Below the pieces are notes generated by a model. The model worked only from the letters and a program-made list of their open reading frames with translations, made no database searches and had not been told where the DNA came from. Below are positions 1-11,028 of a stretch of 64,000 nt of DNA, piece after piece; the stretch's first letter is position 1; every line of letters begins with the position of its first letter. The position numbers and the translations under genes were made by a program. The stretch covers positions 186,001 to 250,000 of IMG/VR virus record IMGVR_UViG_3300036770_008729; one strand, 5' to 3'.

Positions 1-1289
1 ATTTCAGCATCTGGAGAACCTCTATCAGCATCATTAGGATCAGCAATTTCATCTTTAGCATTTCTATCAGGTTCTTGATAATTAAATTCAATGTACTCCT
101 CACTTAAAGCCTCTTCTTCCGAAATTTCATCATCATCTCGATAAAGATTCGGATTAACATCCACAGGAATATCACCAACGAATACTTGTATCGCGGGCAA
201 ATCTTTATTAGCCATTGCTCTAATATCATCTGGAATTTTGATGTTTAATTTAATTTTTGTTCCACTTGCATTTGTCTTAGATCCATCAGTTGTTTGAATA
301 GGATTCTCTTCTGTTTTTCCAGCCTTTGGTTCTTCAATAGGAGTGCCAGAAATTGGATCTTTGAATTCTATTAATTTACAATTATCATAGTCTGGTTTAC
401 AAAGTTCTAAATCATAATCATACTGACTTGCAATAAACTTATTTCTTTGAAGTTGAAAACAATATAATTCTTTTACAAAGTTCAAAAGATTCCAATCAGA
501 ATAATTACCTTCAAAGTATTCTCTACCATTAGTATCAGAATCTGTTTTAAAGTCTTGAAGTCTTTTCAGTTCATTATATTTTACTATTCCTTTATCATCA
601 TACTGCCGACCCGATCTTAGTTTTCTCTCACTTTCTGGAATATAACCAACACCATACTCACTTCCATTAGGCATAGTTAATTTTATGGTTTTCTCTATGT
701 CTATTTTCCTTATTTCTTTAGTTTCTCTAATTATCTGATCTTTTTCCAAATCACTTATTGAGAAACCTCTTGGATTACACCATTCAACACCACCTTCTGG
801 GTAGTAATTATTTTCATACCTTTCAATTGATTGTGTGCCAAATTCTTTTGTTTCCTTTAGAAACCAGAAAATCTCAACTTTGACTCCGTTATTAAAATAG
901 TAAGGATCATAACCGAAATCTCTTATCAGTGGGGTTCCTTGTTCCCAAGGATCTTGGAGTATTTGATAAATTGGAAATTCTTTTCCATTGATTGTTGTCG
1001 TGGCACTTCCATCTTGAAGTTTAGCCTGAGTGTCTAGATAATCTCTTATATAATCTATATCAGTGTAATCTGAATATCTCCCATTTGTGGAATATTCTAA
1101 AGGTTCTTTACCTGGAACTTTATTACCCGAACCATCTGTAACAACAACTTTTCTTTTATTATTAAAAAGACCGTCTTTATATAAAGAAACTTTAAGGTCG
1201 AATTCACCCTTCAATTCAGTAGAAGAAGTTCCTGCTTTACCTCTGATTATTTTTCTTGCTCTAACAACTTTTAATGGTGTATCTGCCAT
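1..1289 (-). CDS. Hypothetical protein, runs off window edge (MADTPLKVVRARK...), possibly virion-associated
   Basis: ATG at 1289; frame read manually at both ends is consistent and open; absent from ORF track because it is partial. Confidence 0.75.
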   Translation of the reverse strand, partial: MADTPLKVVRARKIIRGKAGTSSTELKGEFDLKVSLYKDGLFNNKRKVVVTDGSGNKVPGKEPLEYSTNGRYSDYTDIDYIRDYLDTQAKLQDGSATTTINGKEFPIYQILQDPWEQGTPLIRDFGYDPYYFNNGVKVEIFWFLKETKEFGTQSIERYENNYYPEGGVEWCNPRGFSISDLEKDQIIRETKEIRKIDIEKTIKLTMPNGSEYGVGYIPESERKLRSGRQYDDKGIVKYNELKRLQDFKTDSDTNGREYFEGNYSDWNLLNFVKELYCFQLQRNKFIASQYDYDLELCKPDYDNCKLIEFKDPISGTPIEEPKAGKTEENPIQTTDGSKTNASGTKIKLNIKIPDDIRAMANKDLPAIQVFVGDIPVDVNPNLYRDDDEISEEEALSEEYIEFNYQEPDRNAKDEIADPNDADRGSPDAE

Positions 1290-1320
1290 GATTATATTCT
1301 ATTTCTAGTATTAAATTAGT

Positions 1321-1827
1321 TTACTTCTTAATAACACTAAAATCATTTCTTAAATAATCATCAAAGTTCATCACTCTCTTTTTTGTATTATCTGTCTGTC
1401 CTTGACCTGCTGTAAAGTCTTGTCTTTTAGAAAAAATATCTTTCAGTGATTTTAAACTAATTCTTTTTTTTCTTGATTTCTTACCAGTTCTTGGTCCGTG
1501 ATTAGAACCCATTTCTGTTGGGATTTTCTGAAACACTCTATTTGCACCACTTGGATTATAGGGTATCGAAACATCACCTGATCCAACAGTTCCACCTTGT
1601 GATGCCCAATTAGGACCAATAGTTGCGCCTGCAAGTCCAGATGGTTGTGAATTAACAACAGCACCCATACCACCAGGACTAATACCACCAGTAGCTGAGG
1701 TATCTTCTAGTATTTCATATTCTTTGAAATTTATTAATTCCATGACTTTTTCAAGTAATATAAAATTCTTCTCTTTTTTGAGTTTCCATTTTAAATCATA
1801 TAATTCAAAAAGTGATAAATTTTTCAT
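1321..1827 (-). CDS. Hypothetical Gly-rich protein with CTS-like segment (MELINFKEYEILE)
   Basis: ORF track; TTTAATATATA motif just upstream. Confidence 0.75.
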   Translation of the reverse strand: MKNLSLFELYDLKWKLKKEKNFILLEKVMELINFKEYEILEDTSATGGISPGGMGAVVNSQPSGLAGATIGPNWASQGGTVGSGDVSIPYNPSGANRVFQKIPTEMGSNHGPRTGKKSRKKRISLKSLKDIFSKRQDFTAGQGQTDNTKKRVMNFDDYLRNDFSVIKK

Positions 1828-1896
1828 AAGTTATATATTAAATATCAACAACTACTAATTTTGAGATATATATATTTCAAATATTAACTCTTTTAG

Positions 1897-2571
1897 ATGG
1901 ATAGAATAAAAAAACTCGAAAATATAAAATTGATGAAAGAGTTAGATTTTATAGAATCCGAGTTCAATTACAAAAATGAAGTAATATGTGAAGCTGATAC
2001 AAGCTTTCTTAAAACCGTCAATGCTTATCTAGATATTCATCCAGAATTAAAAAAACTTTTTGACGAAAAGATTAACAGAAAGATAGAGGAAATGTTACAG
2101 AAAAAAACACAAGAGGAAAATGATCAATCAGAAAGTGAATTGGCCAACGATGAATTTGACTTGGCTACAGAATTACATTCTGAACAGCAAGAAGAAAAAG
2201 AAGAAATTGTTCAGAATGAAGAAAATTCAACAGATTTTCGAAATGAAAAGTTAAAAAAACTTTACAGAGAGATTGCTAAACTAACACATCCAGATAAAGT
2301 TAAAAATAATAAATTAAATTCTCTCTATCTTAAAGCCACATCATTTTATGATGAAAATAACATTTTTGGTATTTATGCAATTTGCAATGAACTCGAAATA
2401 TATTACGAAATAGACGAAAATGATAATGTTTTTTTGGTTGAAAAAATAAGCAACCTAAAACAAAGAATTAGTTTTTTAGAATCAACTTTTACTTGGAAGT
2501 GGAAACACACGGATGATTCAAAAGAAAGAGAGACTATAATAATAAGATATATTTCATCACAATTATCTTAA
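1897..2571 (+). CDS. J-domain-like (DnaJ/HscB-type) protein
   Basis: LYREIAKLTHPDK with HPD motif. Confidence 0.7.
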   Translation: MDRIKKLENIKLMKELDFIESEFNYKNEVICEADTSFLKTVNAYLDIHPELKKLFDEKINRKIEEMLQKKTQEENDQSESELANDEFDLATELHSEQQEEKEEIVQNEENSTDFRNEKLKKLYREIAKLTHPDKVKNNKLNSLYLKATSFYDENNIFGIYAICNELEIYYEIDENDNVFLVEKISNLKQRISFLESTFTWKWKHTDDSKERETIIIRYISSQLS

Positions 2572-3236
2572 CTTACGTTTATCTTAACATTTCTTGTATT
2601 AATCAATTCTTCTAGTTCATCTTTTCTAAATATCTTTTTGAAATATTCATTTTCTTTTTTTGGATCTACTAATTCCCATTCATTACCGTTTGAAGTTTGA
2701 TATTCATATTTTTCATTTCCATCTTCTATTTGTATATTTTTAGAAGATAGCTTTGAATAAAAGTTATTTATGTTTTCTAAAGCTTCATAAAGTTCAATAT
2801 CAGACCAACCCTGTGATATGACTTCACCATTTTTATCTTTAATCTCATCCCAGTATTGAAATAGTAGATAGATTGGGTTGATTGGTGGATTTGGAATAGT
2901 CTCTATATCAAAGGCCTCAGATCCATGAATAAACATAAATTTACAAGGCTTATTAATAAATGTTTGAAAGTCATCAGTATATTGTATGGGAGAAAGTCTC
3001 AATTTTATCGAGGTTAATGCATTAATAAAATCAGTTTTCTTTGCTAAGTCCTCTAAATCAATTTTAACAGAAAAGTCGGATTTTGGTAAATTAAACTTAT
3101 CGTGAAAATCCAATCTATTCATAGAAGATAATAGATCGTTCTTAAATACAGTCAATGATTCAGAAAGGTCAAATTGATTAAAAAAATCAATATTCAATGA
3201 TTCCGAAAACTTTTTATATGATTTGATGTATCTCAT
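2568..3236 (-). CDS. Hypothetical protein with CTS-like N-terminus
   Basis: MRYIKSYKKFSES; late-type motif upstream. Confidence 0.8.
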   Translation of the reverse strand: MRYIKSYKKFSESLNIDFFNQFDLSESLTVFKNDLLSSMNRLDFHDKFNLPKSDFSVKIDLEDLAKKTDFINALTSIKLRLSPIQYTDDFQTFINKPCKFMFIHGSEAFDIETIPNPPINPIYLLFQYWDEIKDKNGEVISQGWSDIELYEALENINNFYSKLSSKNIQIEDGNEKYEYQTSNGNEWELVDPKKENEYFKKIFRKDELEELINTRNVKINVS

Positions 3237-3252
3237 TAAAATGAAATATTGG

Positions 3253-3272
3253 TTTTAATATATATATTAAAA
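3253..3272. promoter_or_regulatory. Palindromic TTTTAATATATATATTAAAA, putative bidirectional late promoter
   Basis: Perfect 20-bp palindrome between two divergent CTS-type genes. Confidence 0.55.
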
Positions 3273-3287
3273 TATTTATGCAATTAA

Positions 3288-4673
3288 ATGAAGTGGCTCA
3301 GAAACTATCAATTATATAAAGAATCTAAAAGTGATACATACTCTAGTAAAAGCCTAATTCATGAAGTATGTGTTAGTATGGTTCTGTTAAATAATCAATT
3401 TTTAGATAACATTCTAGATAGAGGATTAAAAGCTAGATACTCAGAAAACTCTCAAATATTTTTAACCGATCTTAAGAATCTTGTATTGGCTAAAAATAGA
3501 TTGAATTTAGGTAAGTTCATAGAAGGTGATAAGTGTGTAGTAGATGATGAGGTATCAAAAATAAACATTCTTTTCGATGGATTAAAATTTTCAATAGAGG
3601 AAGATTGGGATAAATTAGTTAACGCAAGAATAACTGCAAGAAACATTATAGATAAACTACTACCTGATGAAAAATTAGAATCAGATAAAATAAAAACAAT
3701 ATATTGGGTAGGACCAAATAAAGATAAGGAACACCAAGAAGATATTGTTTTAGAAACATTAGATGGTAAACAATATTCTTTTTATTTAGATAAAAACCTT
3801 TCAAATCAAAAAACAGCTTCTTTTAATCTATTTGCTGATGATTTAATTGGTAAAGACATAGAAAAACTTTATAGTGAAGAATATTTAAATAAATGGGACA
3901 AACTTACTCAACAATGGATAACAACACTCTATGAGAATTCTAACAAAAATATTCAAATGCATATTGAGAAGTTCATCGACCCAAAAAGAATTGATACTTT
4001 AGGTTATTTTGAATACTTCGATATAAGACATCAGGATCCACGATTTAAGCATTTGGGAGAATTTATAAAAGAATTCAATAAAAATATTCTTAAATTTTCA
4101 GATTTAATGAATGAAATTTGGAAAAATAGAGATGTTTGTTTTTTAGATTCTGATAGAGTTTACAAAGAATGGATGGAAACAAAAGTAGTCATACTAAACT
4201 CTAAAATTCTTGAAAACTTAATAACATCATCACTAAAAACTAATTTTGCAGATGACATTCAGAAAGTTGAAAATAACTTTAAGTTAGCAGGAGGAACTGT
4301 AAAAATGAAACTTTTCAAGACTCTAGTTGAAAAGATGGGATGTTTAGAAAGACCAATTTACTTTTTAGGAAATAACGGCAATTCTTTTCATTTAATACCA
4401 CAGAGAAACTTTTTTAGAGATAATTATGACGATTTAAATATAAAATTTGATTATCATGTGAATTTCTCTGTAAGTGAAGAAGAAGAGAATAACGATTTTA
4501 TAATTAGAATTATTCTAGAATTAGAAGATGAAGTTCTTATAAAAATGAATATAAATGTCAAATTTACTGGTGGTGAAATGTCTGGTAAATTATCAGCAAA
4601 ATACAGATACGAATTATCCGATAGTTTCAACTACATAGTATCTAAAAAACTTACAGAAAATAAATCTGAGTAA
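3288..4673 (+). CDS. Hypothetical protein with CTS-like N-terminus
   Basis: 461-aa ORF, MKWLRNYQLYKES. Confidence 0.85.
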   Translation: MKWLRNYQLYKESKSDTYSSKSLIHEVCVSMVLLNNQFLDNILDRGLKARYSENSQIFLTDLKNLVLAKNRLNLGKFIEGDKCVVDDEVSKINILFDGLKFSIEEDWDKLVNARITARNIIDKLLPDEKLESDKIKTIYWVGPNKDKEHQEDIVLETLDGKQYSFYLDKNLSNQKTASFNLFADDLIGKDIEKLYSEEYLNKWDKLTQQWITTLYENSNKNIQMHIEKFIDPKRIDTLGYFEYFDIRHQDPRFKHLGEFIKEFNKNILKFSDLMNEIWKNRDVCFLDSDRVYKEWMETKVVILNSKILENLITSSLKTNFADDIQKVENNFKLAGGTVKMKLFKTLVEKMGCLERPIYFLGNNGNSFHLIPQRNFFRDNYDDLNIKFDYHVNFSVSEEEENNDFIIRIILELEDEVLIKMNINVKFTGGEMSGKLSAKYRYELSDSFNYIVSKKLTENKSE

Positions 4674-4742
4674 AAAACTTGGAAATTTTCAAAATTTCGA
4701 GGGATTGTTAGTCTTATAATATATAAGAAAAAGTTCAATTAA

Positions 4743-7700
4743 ATGGCAATTCCAGCAGGTTTTCCACTTTACCCTAACGGTGTGTGGAATGTTTCTTTTA
4801 GTTTTCCTGGTGTTCCACCACTCGATAAATTAAGTGATATATCTAAATCCATAGATGGTAAATCACCATCTTTACTTTTAATTCCAAATGTAGAATTTAT
4901 TCAGAAGGTAATTGAAGGTGATATTGGAATTGGTGACTCCATTTTGAAATCAGCATTTACAAAAAATTTCACATCACCATTGACTACTGGAAACGAATTT
5001 GTTTTCAAAAAGTTAGCTGAATTGACAAAGATTGATGTATCGAATATAGAAAAATATACAAAACCACCACAAGCACCTGTCAATACAAGTGCGGCAACCG
5101 GAGCAGCAGGTGCAGCAACTGGAGCAGCAGGTGCGGCAACTGGAGCAGTCAATAATCTTAAATCAAAGTCAAAATTTATTTTACCAGCCAGTGAAGTTAA
5201 GGTGAGTAGTGAATTTGACTTGAATGGTATTAAAGGTTTCGAAAAAGCATTGCTAAAATCTATTTTTGAGACTCAAAAACCTTATATGGAAATAGCAAAA
5301 CTTGTAGTTGCTAATATCTCCAAGGCTGAAGATATAGTTGCGAGAATATTGCCTTTGGCTTTGCCTATCGGAACACCTCTGAACACAAAATCAGCAAAAC
5401 CAATAGGTAATGCGGGTGATGCAACAAGACCAAAGGCGTTAGGATTTGGAGGCGGAGTGGAAATAAAGAAAGCGATTGCAAAATTAGACGCATTAAATAA
5501 AAAAGGTGGTGAAACAATAGTTACTCCAGATGGAAAAGCTATCAGGCAAACCAATTCAGCTTTAGGAAATGCTCCACTTACGGCATCACAATCAGCTGAG
5601 CAAACTAACTTTTCAAATAACAACTCACCACAAAGTGACATTCCACCAGATGGATATTCCTATAGTGTTATTTCAGCAATTTACTCGACAGGAACATTTG
5701 ATCCTAATATAAATTACGAATATACTTATATAGATGTTCCAGCTGACGAGGATATTGGTGAAAATGACCAAGGTCTTAACCTTAATGATGATGGTGATCC
5801 TTATAAAGGTTTTAAGCCAGATTGTATTATATTGGGTATTTTCGATAGTAAAGGAAATCCTCTCAATCCACTTGCTCAACTTGATGGATATGATAATAAT
5901 GGTCAAAAAGTTCAAGCTAGAAATAGTCAAGGTGCTTTACTTACAAAAGCTGGTTGGATTTTGGATTCACCAAAGTGGAAGTTTCCTAGCGGTGTTTATC
6001 AATGGCCTAGATATGGCACACCAACCTACAGATATAAAGGAACTGGAACAAATTTAGGACAGGTTATAAGTTCTAAAGAAAAACCAGCACCAAATATTGT
6101 TCTAGACTCTATAGTTGGTGATTGGGAAATAATGAAATATGATACTATTTATCCAGACGCTATACCCATAAAGAAAAATTTACTGAATAATGAAGATGCT
6201 ATAAAAGGAGATCCCGTAATAGAAAATTTTGATCCACCGGAAGTAACAGAGTATCAAAATTTTTTTAACGATTTAATTGAGTTTAGATTGGCAACCACTG
6301 ATGGTATTACACCCGAAGATAAAGCCGAAGCAAGAGCATCAGTATACCCACAGATAAATGTTCCGGCTCATTTAGAAAATGTTTTTTTATATGGTCAATC
6401 AAAATCATCTATTTACACCCCAATAAATGTTCCTGATTTACCTGAAAAAGATAATCCATATCCAGATACTCTTAGATATTCAATGAAACCTTATAAAATA
6501 TATTCAGCGCCAGCAGCCGCAGATTCGAGATTGAGAGGTGTCTTTGGTTCAAGAATGGATGATAGAAACGGTAACGTCTGGGTGGATCCAGAGGCTGATT
6601 ATCAGGCAAAAATTATCAGAGTTGATCCTACTACAAAAATAAAATATACGAAACCAGGTCAGAGTGAACCAATAGTTGCGGAGATTCAAGCATTTGTTAA
6701 AAATAATTTAATACTTAAAATTTCAGATGATAGACAATTTAATATAGAAGTATATAAATCAACAGATTCATCGGTTACGAATCCTCAGTATAACTTATAC
6801 AAGCAATTAACCGGACTTACTGCCTATAATTTAGAGAATTGGAACTACAATGATAATGATGGGATTCTAAATGATAGAATAGGATTCTCTCAAAGTTCTG
6901 ATGGTGGTGTAGGGTTTGGAAATAATGCACCAGTAAAGAACGACAAGAATGGGTATAGAATAACAATGTGGGGTGAAAGAAATACACCATATTACGATAC
7001 GGTAAATGGATATTTAGCATATAAAGAAGATGCTAATAAGTATGTAGAAATAGAAAAACAACCTGATGGATCTTGGACTTTTCAGAAATTCAGTTTTGAT
7101 GTTGTTGCTGAAGGTGTAGCAATAGAGATATTAAGACCAACACTAGAATCTACTGGACCACAAATAGATTTTTTATATCAGAGTTATAAATCAAATCCTA
7201 ATTACGGATATCCGGTTAATGGATTGACTAAGACATCACAATATAATACCTTTACCTCAGATCCTGGTCCTTTTCCACTGAGTGGTTCAAATTCAGTAAC
7301 CCAGACCTATATTATTAAAGATTCTGTTACAGCAAGTAATACAATAACATTTGAGAACGACTTAAGAAATGAATTAAAATATGCAAATAGTATTATATTT
7401 AGAAGAATCATAGTAGATCAAGCTTACACTTATGCTTCGAAAGACATAGAGCTTACAGTTGATAATACAAAAGTAGATGCTATAGTATATAATCCAGCTA
7501 AAAATGAGACAGTAGTTAAGTTTACAACTATTTTCAAAAGTATTTCAGGTGTGAACCTAAGACCTATAGAAAAAAGACACTGGATTCACCAAATTAAATA
7601 TAATGTGTTAGTTGCAGATTTATTTAGTAGAAAAATAAGAATACCAGTATCTGGTTTATATAAACTAACCGAAGATAAATCAATAGTTGAAATTCAAAAT

Positions 7701-10487
7701 AACAGAATTGTGAAATGGTTTTACATGACTCCAATAATATTAGATGGAACAGTAAGTGGGTGGATACATTCAAATTGGTCTCCTGAAAATCCAACCACAC
7801 AAGACGGCACTATTGGATATGCAAATGGTGAAATAGAAAATGTAACACAGAATGGACAAGTTTATAATACACTCACACAACTAACAGTTACTAATACAGG
7901 TAATAACACTGGATATAATGGAAATACAACCCCTTTACCAAGAAACGGGAATAAAAGGACACTTACAGTAGAAATTGGAACTGGTAATGGTAATCCAGCA
8001 GGTCTGTGGAAGAATTCAACAACCTCTATACCTATTCAGAGGGCTCAGGATTCAGCATTCAATAGTTTTCAGATAAGAATAACAACACCAAATAATCCAA
8101 ATGGTGAGATTATTGATCCTGCTCAAGTCTTCAACGACCAATTGAAGACCTCTAAACCTTTTGTAAATGTTCCCGGTACAAAATATGGACATGGAAGTAG
8201 TGAATCACCACAATCAATAGGAATTATTGAAAGATTTATGTTAACCGAATTTGACACTGAATCATACTATATAATTGAGGGTATTTTACCAAGTATTGCG
8301 GATGAATTGTTGGGAGGATCAACACAAAGTTCTGGTGGTGCAGGCGGTGCTGGTGGTGCAGGCGGTGGCGGATTTTATAAACTCCCAGATGCAATTGGTG
8401 CAATTAAGGTTTTTATTAGTTTTTTAGTAGATATATTTTCTAAACTTATACCGAACATTAAAAAACTATTGAAGCTATTAAAAGACCCTTTAGGTTTTAT
8501 AACAGATATAGTAGCTGAAAAGCTAGGAGAAGCTTTTCCATTTCTATCACCAGAAGCATTTGATACATTCAAATCAGCTGCTAAACTATCAAAAAATGCA
8601 GCTGCCTCTGGTGGAACAGGTGCATCAGTTATTTCTGGATCTGCGAATTTAGGCCAACCACCAACAACACCAACTCCCGGTTCAGTAGCTGGACAAACAG
8701 GAAATCAAATAAATAATGCTACTAACAACGCTTCTGGTCAAGTCAATAGTCTAAATTCCTCATCAAGTAATTCCGTAAGTGGTGCTACCAACAGAGCTAA
8801 TGAAAAAAAATCTCAACTTATAAAAAAAGTTGAAAATCGTATAAAATCTTCTAAGTTAAACGGTGTTGTCTTTGTGGACAAACAACCAAAACTTCGTTCT
8901 GTTTTAGATGGTGTTGGAACAATTCCTTTTGAATTATTTGGTATAGATTTATCTTTTGGAATGGAGTTGAACATGAGTAAATTACCTGAAGGAACTCCAT
9001 TAAAATTAGTTTTTCCGAGTAATTTAACTTTATCTAAGTTATCATCAAACTCTGACACAGAAGCAAACAAAAATGCAGACAAAGATAATAATAACTCACT
9101 TTTAAGTGATAATCTAACGAAACCAAGAACAACAGTTGGTGAAGCTGGAACTCAAAATACTCTTCCCAACGGAACACCATTAAATTCTAATGATTACAAA
9201 ATACTTGATATAAAATACTCAACAGGTGAATTTGTTGCTGGTGTGGATTACAACTACATCTACATAACTAAGGATGTTGAAAATCTATTAGCTGAAGCAG
9301 ATGAGTTAGCAAAGAAAGAAACCGCTGAAGACTTAGGAAAGGCTCAAGAAAAACTTGAGGCTGCTAAAAAATTAGACCCACAAAATAAACTTATAGATGA
9401 GAAACTAAAAGATATAAAGAAAAAAAATGGATTCTTTAATTCTAAAACACAACCACTCCTTAAATTTTTACTGGGTTTCGTAACACTACCTTTAAAAATT
9501 GTCTCGAAGATAATTCAATTTATTATGGATTTCTTTAAGTCATTAACAAACCCAGTGAAACTACCAGCAGCTTTAGCTAAATTTTTATCATTTCAATGGA
9601 TATTAGAATATTTTATTCCACCTGGACCACCAATTCCAGGACTATTGAAATTGGTTGGAATAAATTTCGATCCTACAAAGTTAGTTCAATGGACTGCTTT
9701 GTCAAATATTCCAAATCCTAAGAAGCTTATTCAGAATTTAAATGATAAGGTTGGACAAGCGAATAATGCATTAACTAGCTTAACTGGAGCAGCAACTGGT
9801 GCAGTGACTGGTGCAGCTGGGTCGGCAACCGGAGCAGTGACTGGTGCCGCTGGGGCAGCAACCGGAGCGGCAACTGGTGCAGCTGGAGCGGCAACCGGGG
9901 CAGCAAATGAATTATCAAATCAACTTAAAGTAGAACCACCACCTATACCACCAATTGATTTTCCTTGGCCGATGCCAGTTCCTAAAGGAGACCACTTGAT
10001 ACCAGACGATTTTGAATTAGCTGACCTTAATCAATTCATAAGTGTTCCATTTATGGCTAAATTACCTACATACACTGCTAGACAAATAAGAACATCGCCT
10101 AAAAATCCATTAAAAATATTATGGCCACCCCTGTGTCTAATAGAGAAAATTATTAACTCAATAATAGATTTTTTCTGGTCACTATTAGGTATAGAAGCGA
10201 TAATACCACCACCACATATAAAGATATGTAAGGCGATGAAAGATGAAACTCTTACACCGGAAGATCTACAAAAAATTTTGAATGGAGAAGAACCAAAGGG
10301 AGTTAAAAATCCACCTGATAGTAATGACCTAAGTGGACAGCCATCTGATTCAAATGATAATGCAGGAAGTGCCTTTATTTATGAAGTTACATTACCAGAT
10401 GGTCGAAAAATACAAGCATTGAATGAGGAAGACCTACAAAAATTTTTAGATGAAAATAAAGATTTTCAATACGATTATCAATTCTAA
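4743..10487 (+). CDS. 1914-aa putative virion structural protein with Ala/Gly/Thr repeats
   Basis: Long ORF; GAATGAA repeats near both ends; Asn/Thr/Gly-rich beta-type middle. Confidence 0.7.
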   Translation: MAIPAGFPLYPNGVWNVSFSFPGVPPLDKLSDISKSIDGKSPSLLLIPNVEFIQKVIEGDIGIGDSILKSAFTKNFTSPLTTGNEFVFKKLAELTKIDVSNIEKYTKPPQAPVNTSAATGAAGAATGAAGAATGAVNNLKSKSKFILPASEVKVSSEFDLNGIKGFEKALLKSIFETQKPYMEIAKLVVANISKAEDIVARILPLALPIGTPLNTKSAKPIGNAGDATRPKALGFGGGVEIKKAIAKLDALNKKGGETIVTPDGKAIRQTNSALGNAPLTASQSAEQTNFSNNNSPQSDIPPDGYSYSVISAIYSTGTFDPNINYEYTYIDVPADEDIGENDQGLNLNDDGDPYKGFKPDCIILGIFDSKGNPLNPLAQLDGYDNNGQKVQARNSQGALLTKAGWILDSPKWKFPSGVYQWPRYGTPTYRYKGTGTNLGQVISSKEKPAPNIVLDSIVGDWEIMKYDTIYPDAIPIKKNLLNNEDAIKGDPVIENFDPPEVTEYQNFFNDLIEFRLATTDGITPEDKAEARASVYPQINVPAHLENVFLYGQSKSSIYTPINVPDLPEKDNPYPDTLRYSMKPYKIYSAPAAADSRLRGVFGSRMDDRNGNVWVDPEADYQAKIIRVDPTTKIKYTKPGQSEPIVAEIQAFVKNNLILKISDDRQFNIEVYKSTDSSVTNPQYNLYKQLTGLTAYNLENWNYNDNDGILNDRIGFSQSSDGGVGFGNNAPVKNDKNGYRITMWGERNTPYYDTVNGYLAYKEDANKYVEIEKQPDGSWTFQKFSFDVVAEGVAIEILRPTLESTGPQIDFLYQSYKSNPNYGYPVNGLTKTSQYNTFTSDPGPFPLSGSNSVTQTYIIKDSVTASNTITFENDLRNELKYANSIIFRRIIVDQAYTYASKDIELTVDNTKVDAIVYNPAKNETVVKFTTIFKSISGVNLRPIEKRHWIHQIKYNVLVADLFSRKIRIPVSGLYKLTEDKSIVEIQNNRIVKWFYMTPIILDGTVSGWIHSNWSPENPTTQDGTIGYANGEIENVTQNGQVYNTLTQLTVTNTGNNTGYNGNTTPLPRNGNKRTLTVEIGTGNGNPAGLWKNSTTSIPIQRAQDSAFNSFQIRITTPNNPNGEIIDPAQVFNDQLKTSKPFVNVPGTKYGHGSSESPQSIGIIERFMLTEFDTESYYIIEGILPSIADELLGGSTQSSGGAGGAGGAGGGGFYKLPDAIGAIKVFISFLVDIFSKLIPNIKKLLKLLKDPLGFITDIVAEKLGEAFPFLSPEAFDTFKSAAKLSKNAAASGGTGASVISGSANLGQPPTTPTPGSVAGQTGNQINNATNNASGQVNSLNSSSSNSVSGATNRANEKKSQLIKKVENRIKSSKLNGVVFVDKQPKLRSVLDGVGTIPFELFGIDLSFGMELNMSKLPEGTPLKLVFPSNLTLSKLSSNSDTEANKNADKDNNNSLLSDNLTKPRTTVGEAGTQNTLPNGTPLNSNDYKILDIKYSTGEFVAGVDYNYIYITKDVENLLAEADELAKKETAEDLGKAQEKLEAAKKLDPQNKLIDEKLKDIKKKNGFFNSKTQPLLKFLLGFVTLPLKIVSKIIQFIMDFFKSLTNPVKLPAALAKFLSFQWILEYFIPPGPPIPGLLKLVGINFDPTKLVQWTALSNIPNPKKLIQNLNDKVGQANNALTSLTGAATGAVTGAAGSATGAVTGAAGAATGAATGAAGAATGAANELSNQLKVEPPPIPPIDFPWPMPVPKGDHLIPDDFELADLNQFISVPFMAKLPTYTARQIRTSPKNPLKILWPPLCLIEKIINSIIDFFWSLLGIEAIIPPPHIKICKAMKDETLTPEDLQKILNGEEPKGVKNPPDSNDLSGQPSDSNDNAGSAFIYEVTLPDGRKIQALNEEDLQKFLDENKDFQYDYQF
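5089..5148 (+). repeat. Coding tandem repeat (AATGAAGAATGA)
   Basis: gcaaccggagcagcaggt-type units. Confidence 0.8.
9783..9905 (+). repeat. Coding tandem repeat (GAATGAVT/GAAG)
   Basis: Same unit type as 5089-5148. Confidence 0.8.
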
Positions 10488-10537
10488 TAAACTTTTGATT
10501 CTGATGCTATATAAAAATAAATAAAATATAATTTATT

Positions 10538-10777
10538 ATGGCAACAAGTAAGCACAGAAAGAATCACAAAAAAAAGTTAAAAGCTAGACAAGATAAACTT
10601 AAACAAGAGAAGTCAAAAATGCAAAAAATGCAACGTGAATTTATCATGAATCTTATCAAACAAGAGCAAGAAAAGGGATTGTTTAATAACACAACAAATA
10701 TTGAACAAGCTATCGGAAATGGACCGATAATTGAGGGACCATCGGTTGGTCCTATAATTGAAGGACCATCAATTTAA
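10538..10777 (+). CDS. Small basic hypothetical protein with GPIIEGPS duplication
   Basis: ORF track. Confidence 0.7.
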   Translation: MATSKHRKNHKKKLKARQDKLKQEKSKMQKMQREFIMNLIKQEQEKGLFNNTTNIEQAIGNGPIIEGPSVGPIIEGPSI

Positions 10778-10971
10778 TTAAAGATATAACCAAAAAAATT
10801 CATAAAAGAAGAAGGCTTTTTAGAAGTAGATTTTCTCTTCTCTAATAAAGCCTTTTCTATTTTTGATACTAAATATTTTCTAGCCAATTCTGATTTGGAA
10901 CAGTCTCTCATTTTACAACTAATGAGATAAGAATTAGCTAATAATATTGAATCTATAACCTGTTTTTCCAC
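10774..10971 (-). CDS. Small hypothetical protein (probable GTG start at 10971)
   Basis: Fills intergenic gap; TATATA motif upstream; ORF track version extended to 11046. Confidence 0.45.
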   Translation of the reverse strand: MEKQVIDSILLANSYLISCKMRDCSKSELARKYLVSKIEKALLEKRKSTSKKPSSFMNFFGYIFN

Positions 10972-11028
10972 CAAAATCAACTTTTTTAATGTTGTATATA
11001 TAAAAAAGAAAAACCAATTTTTTAATTT

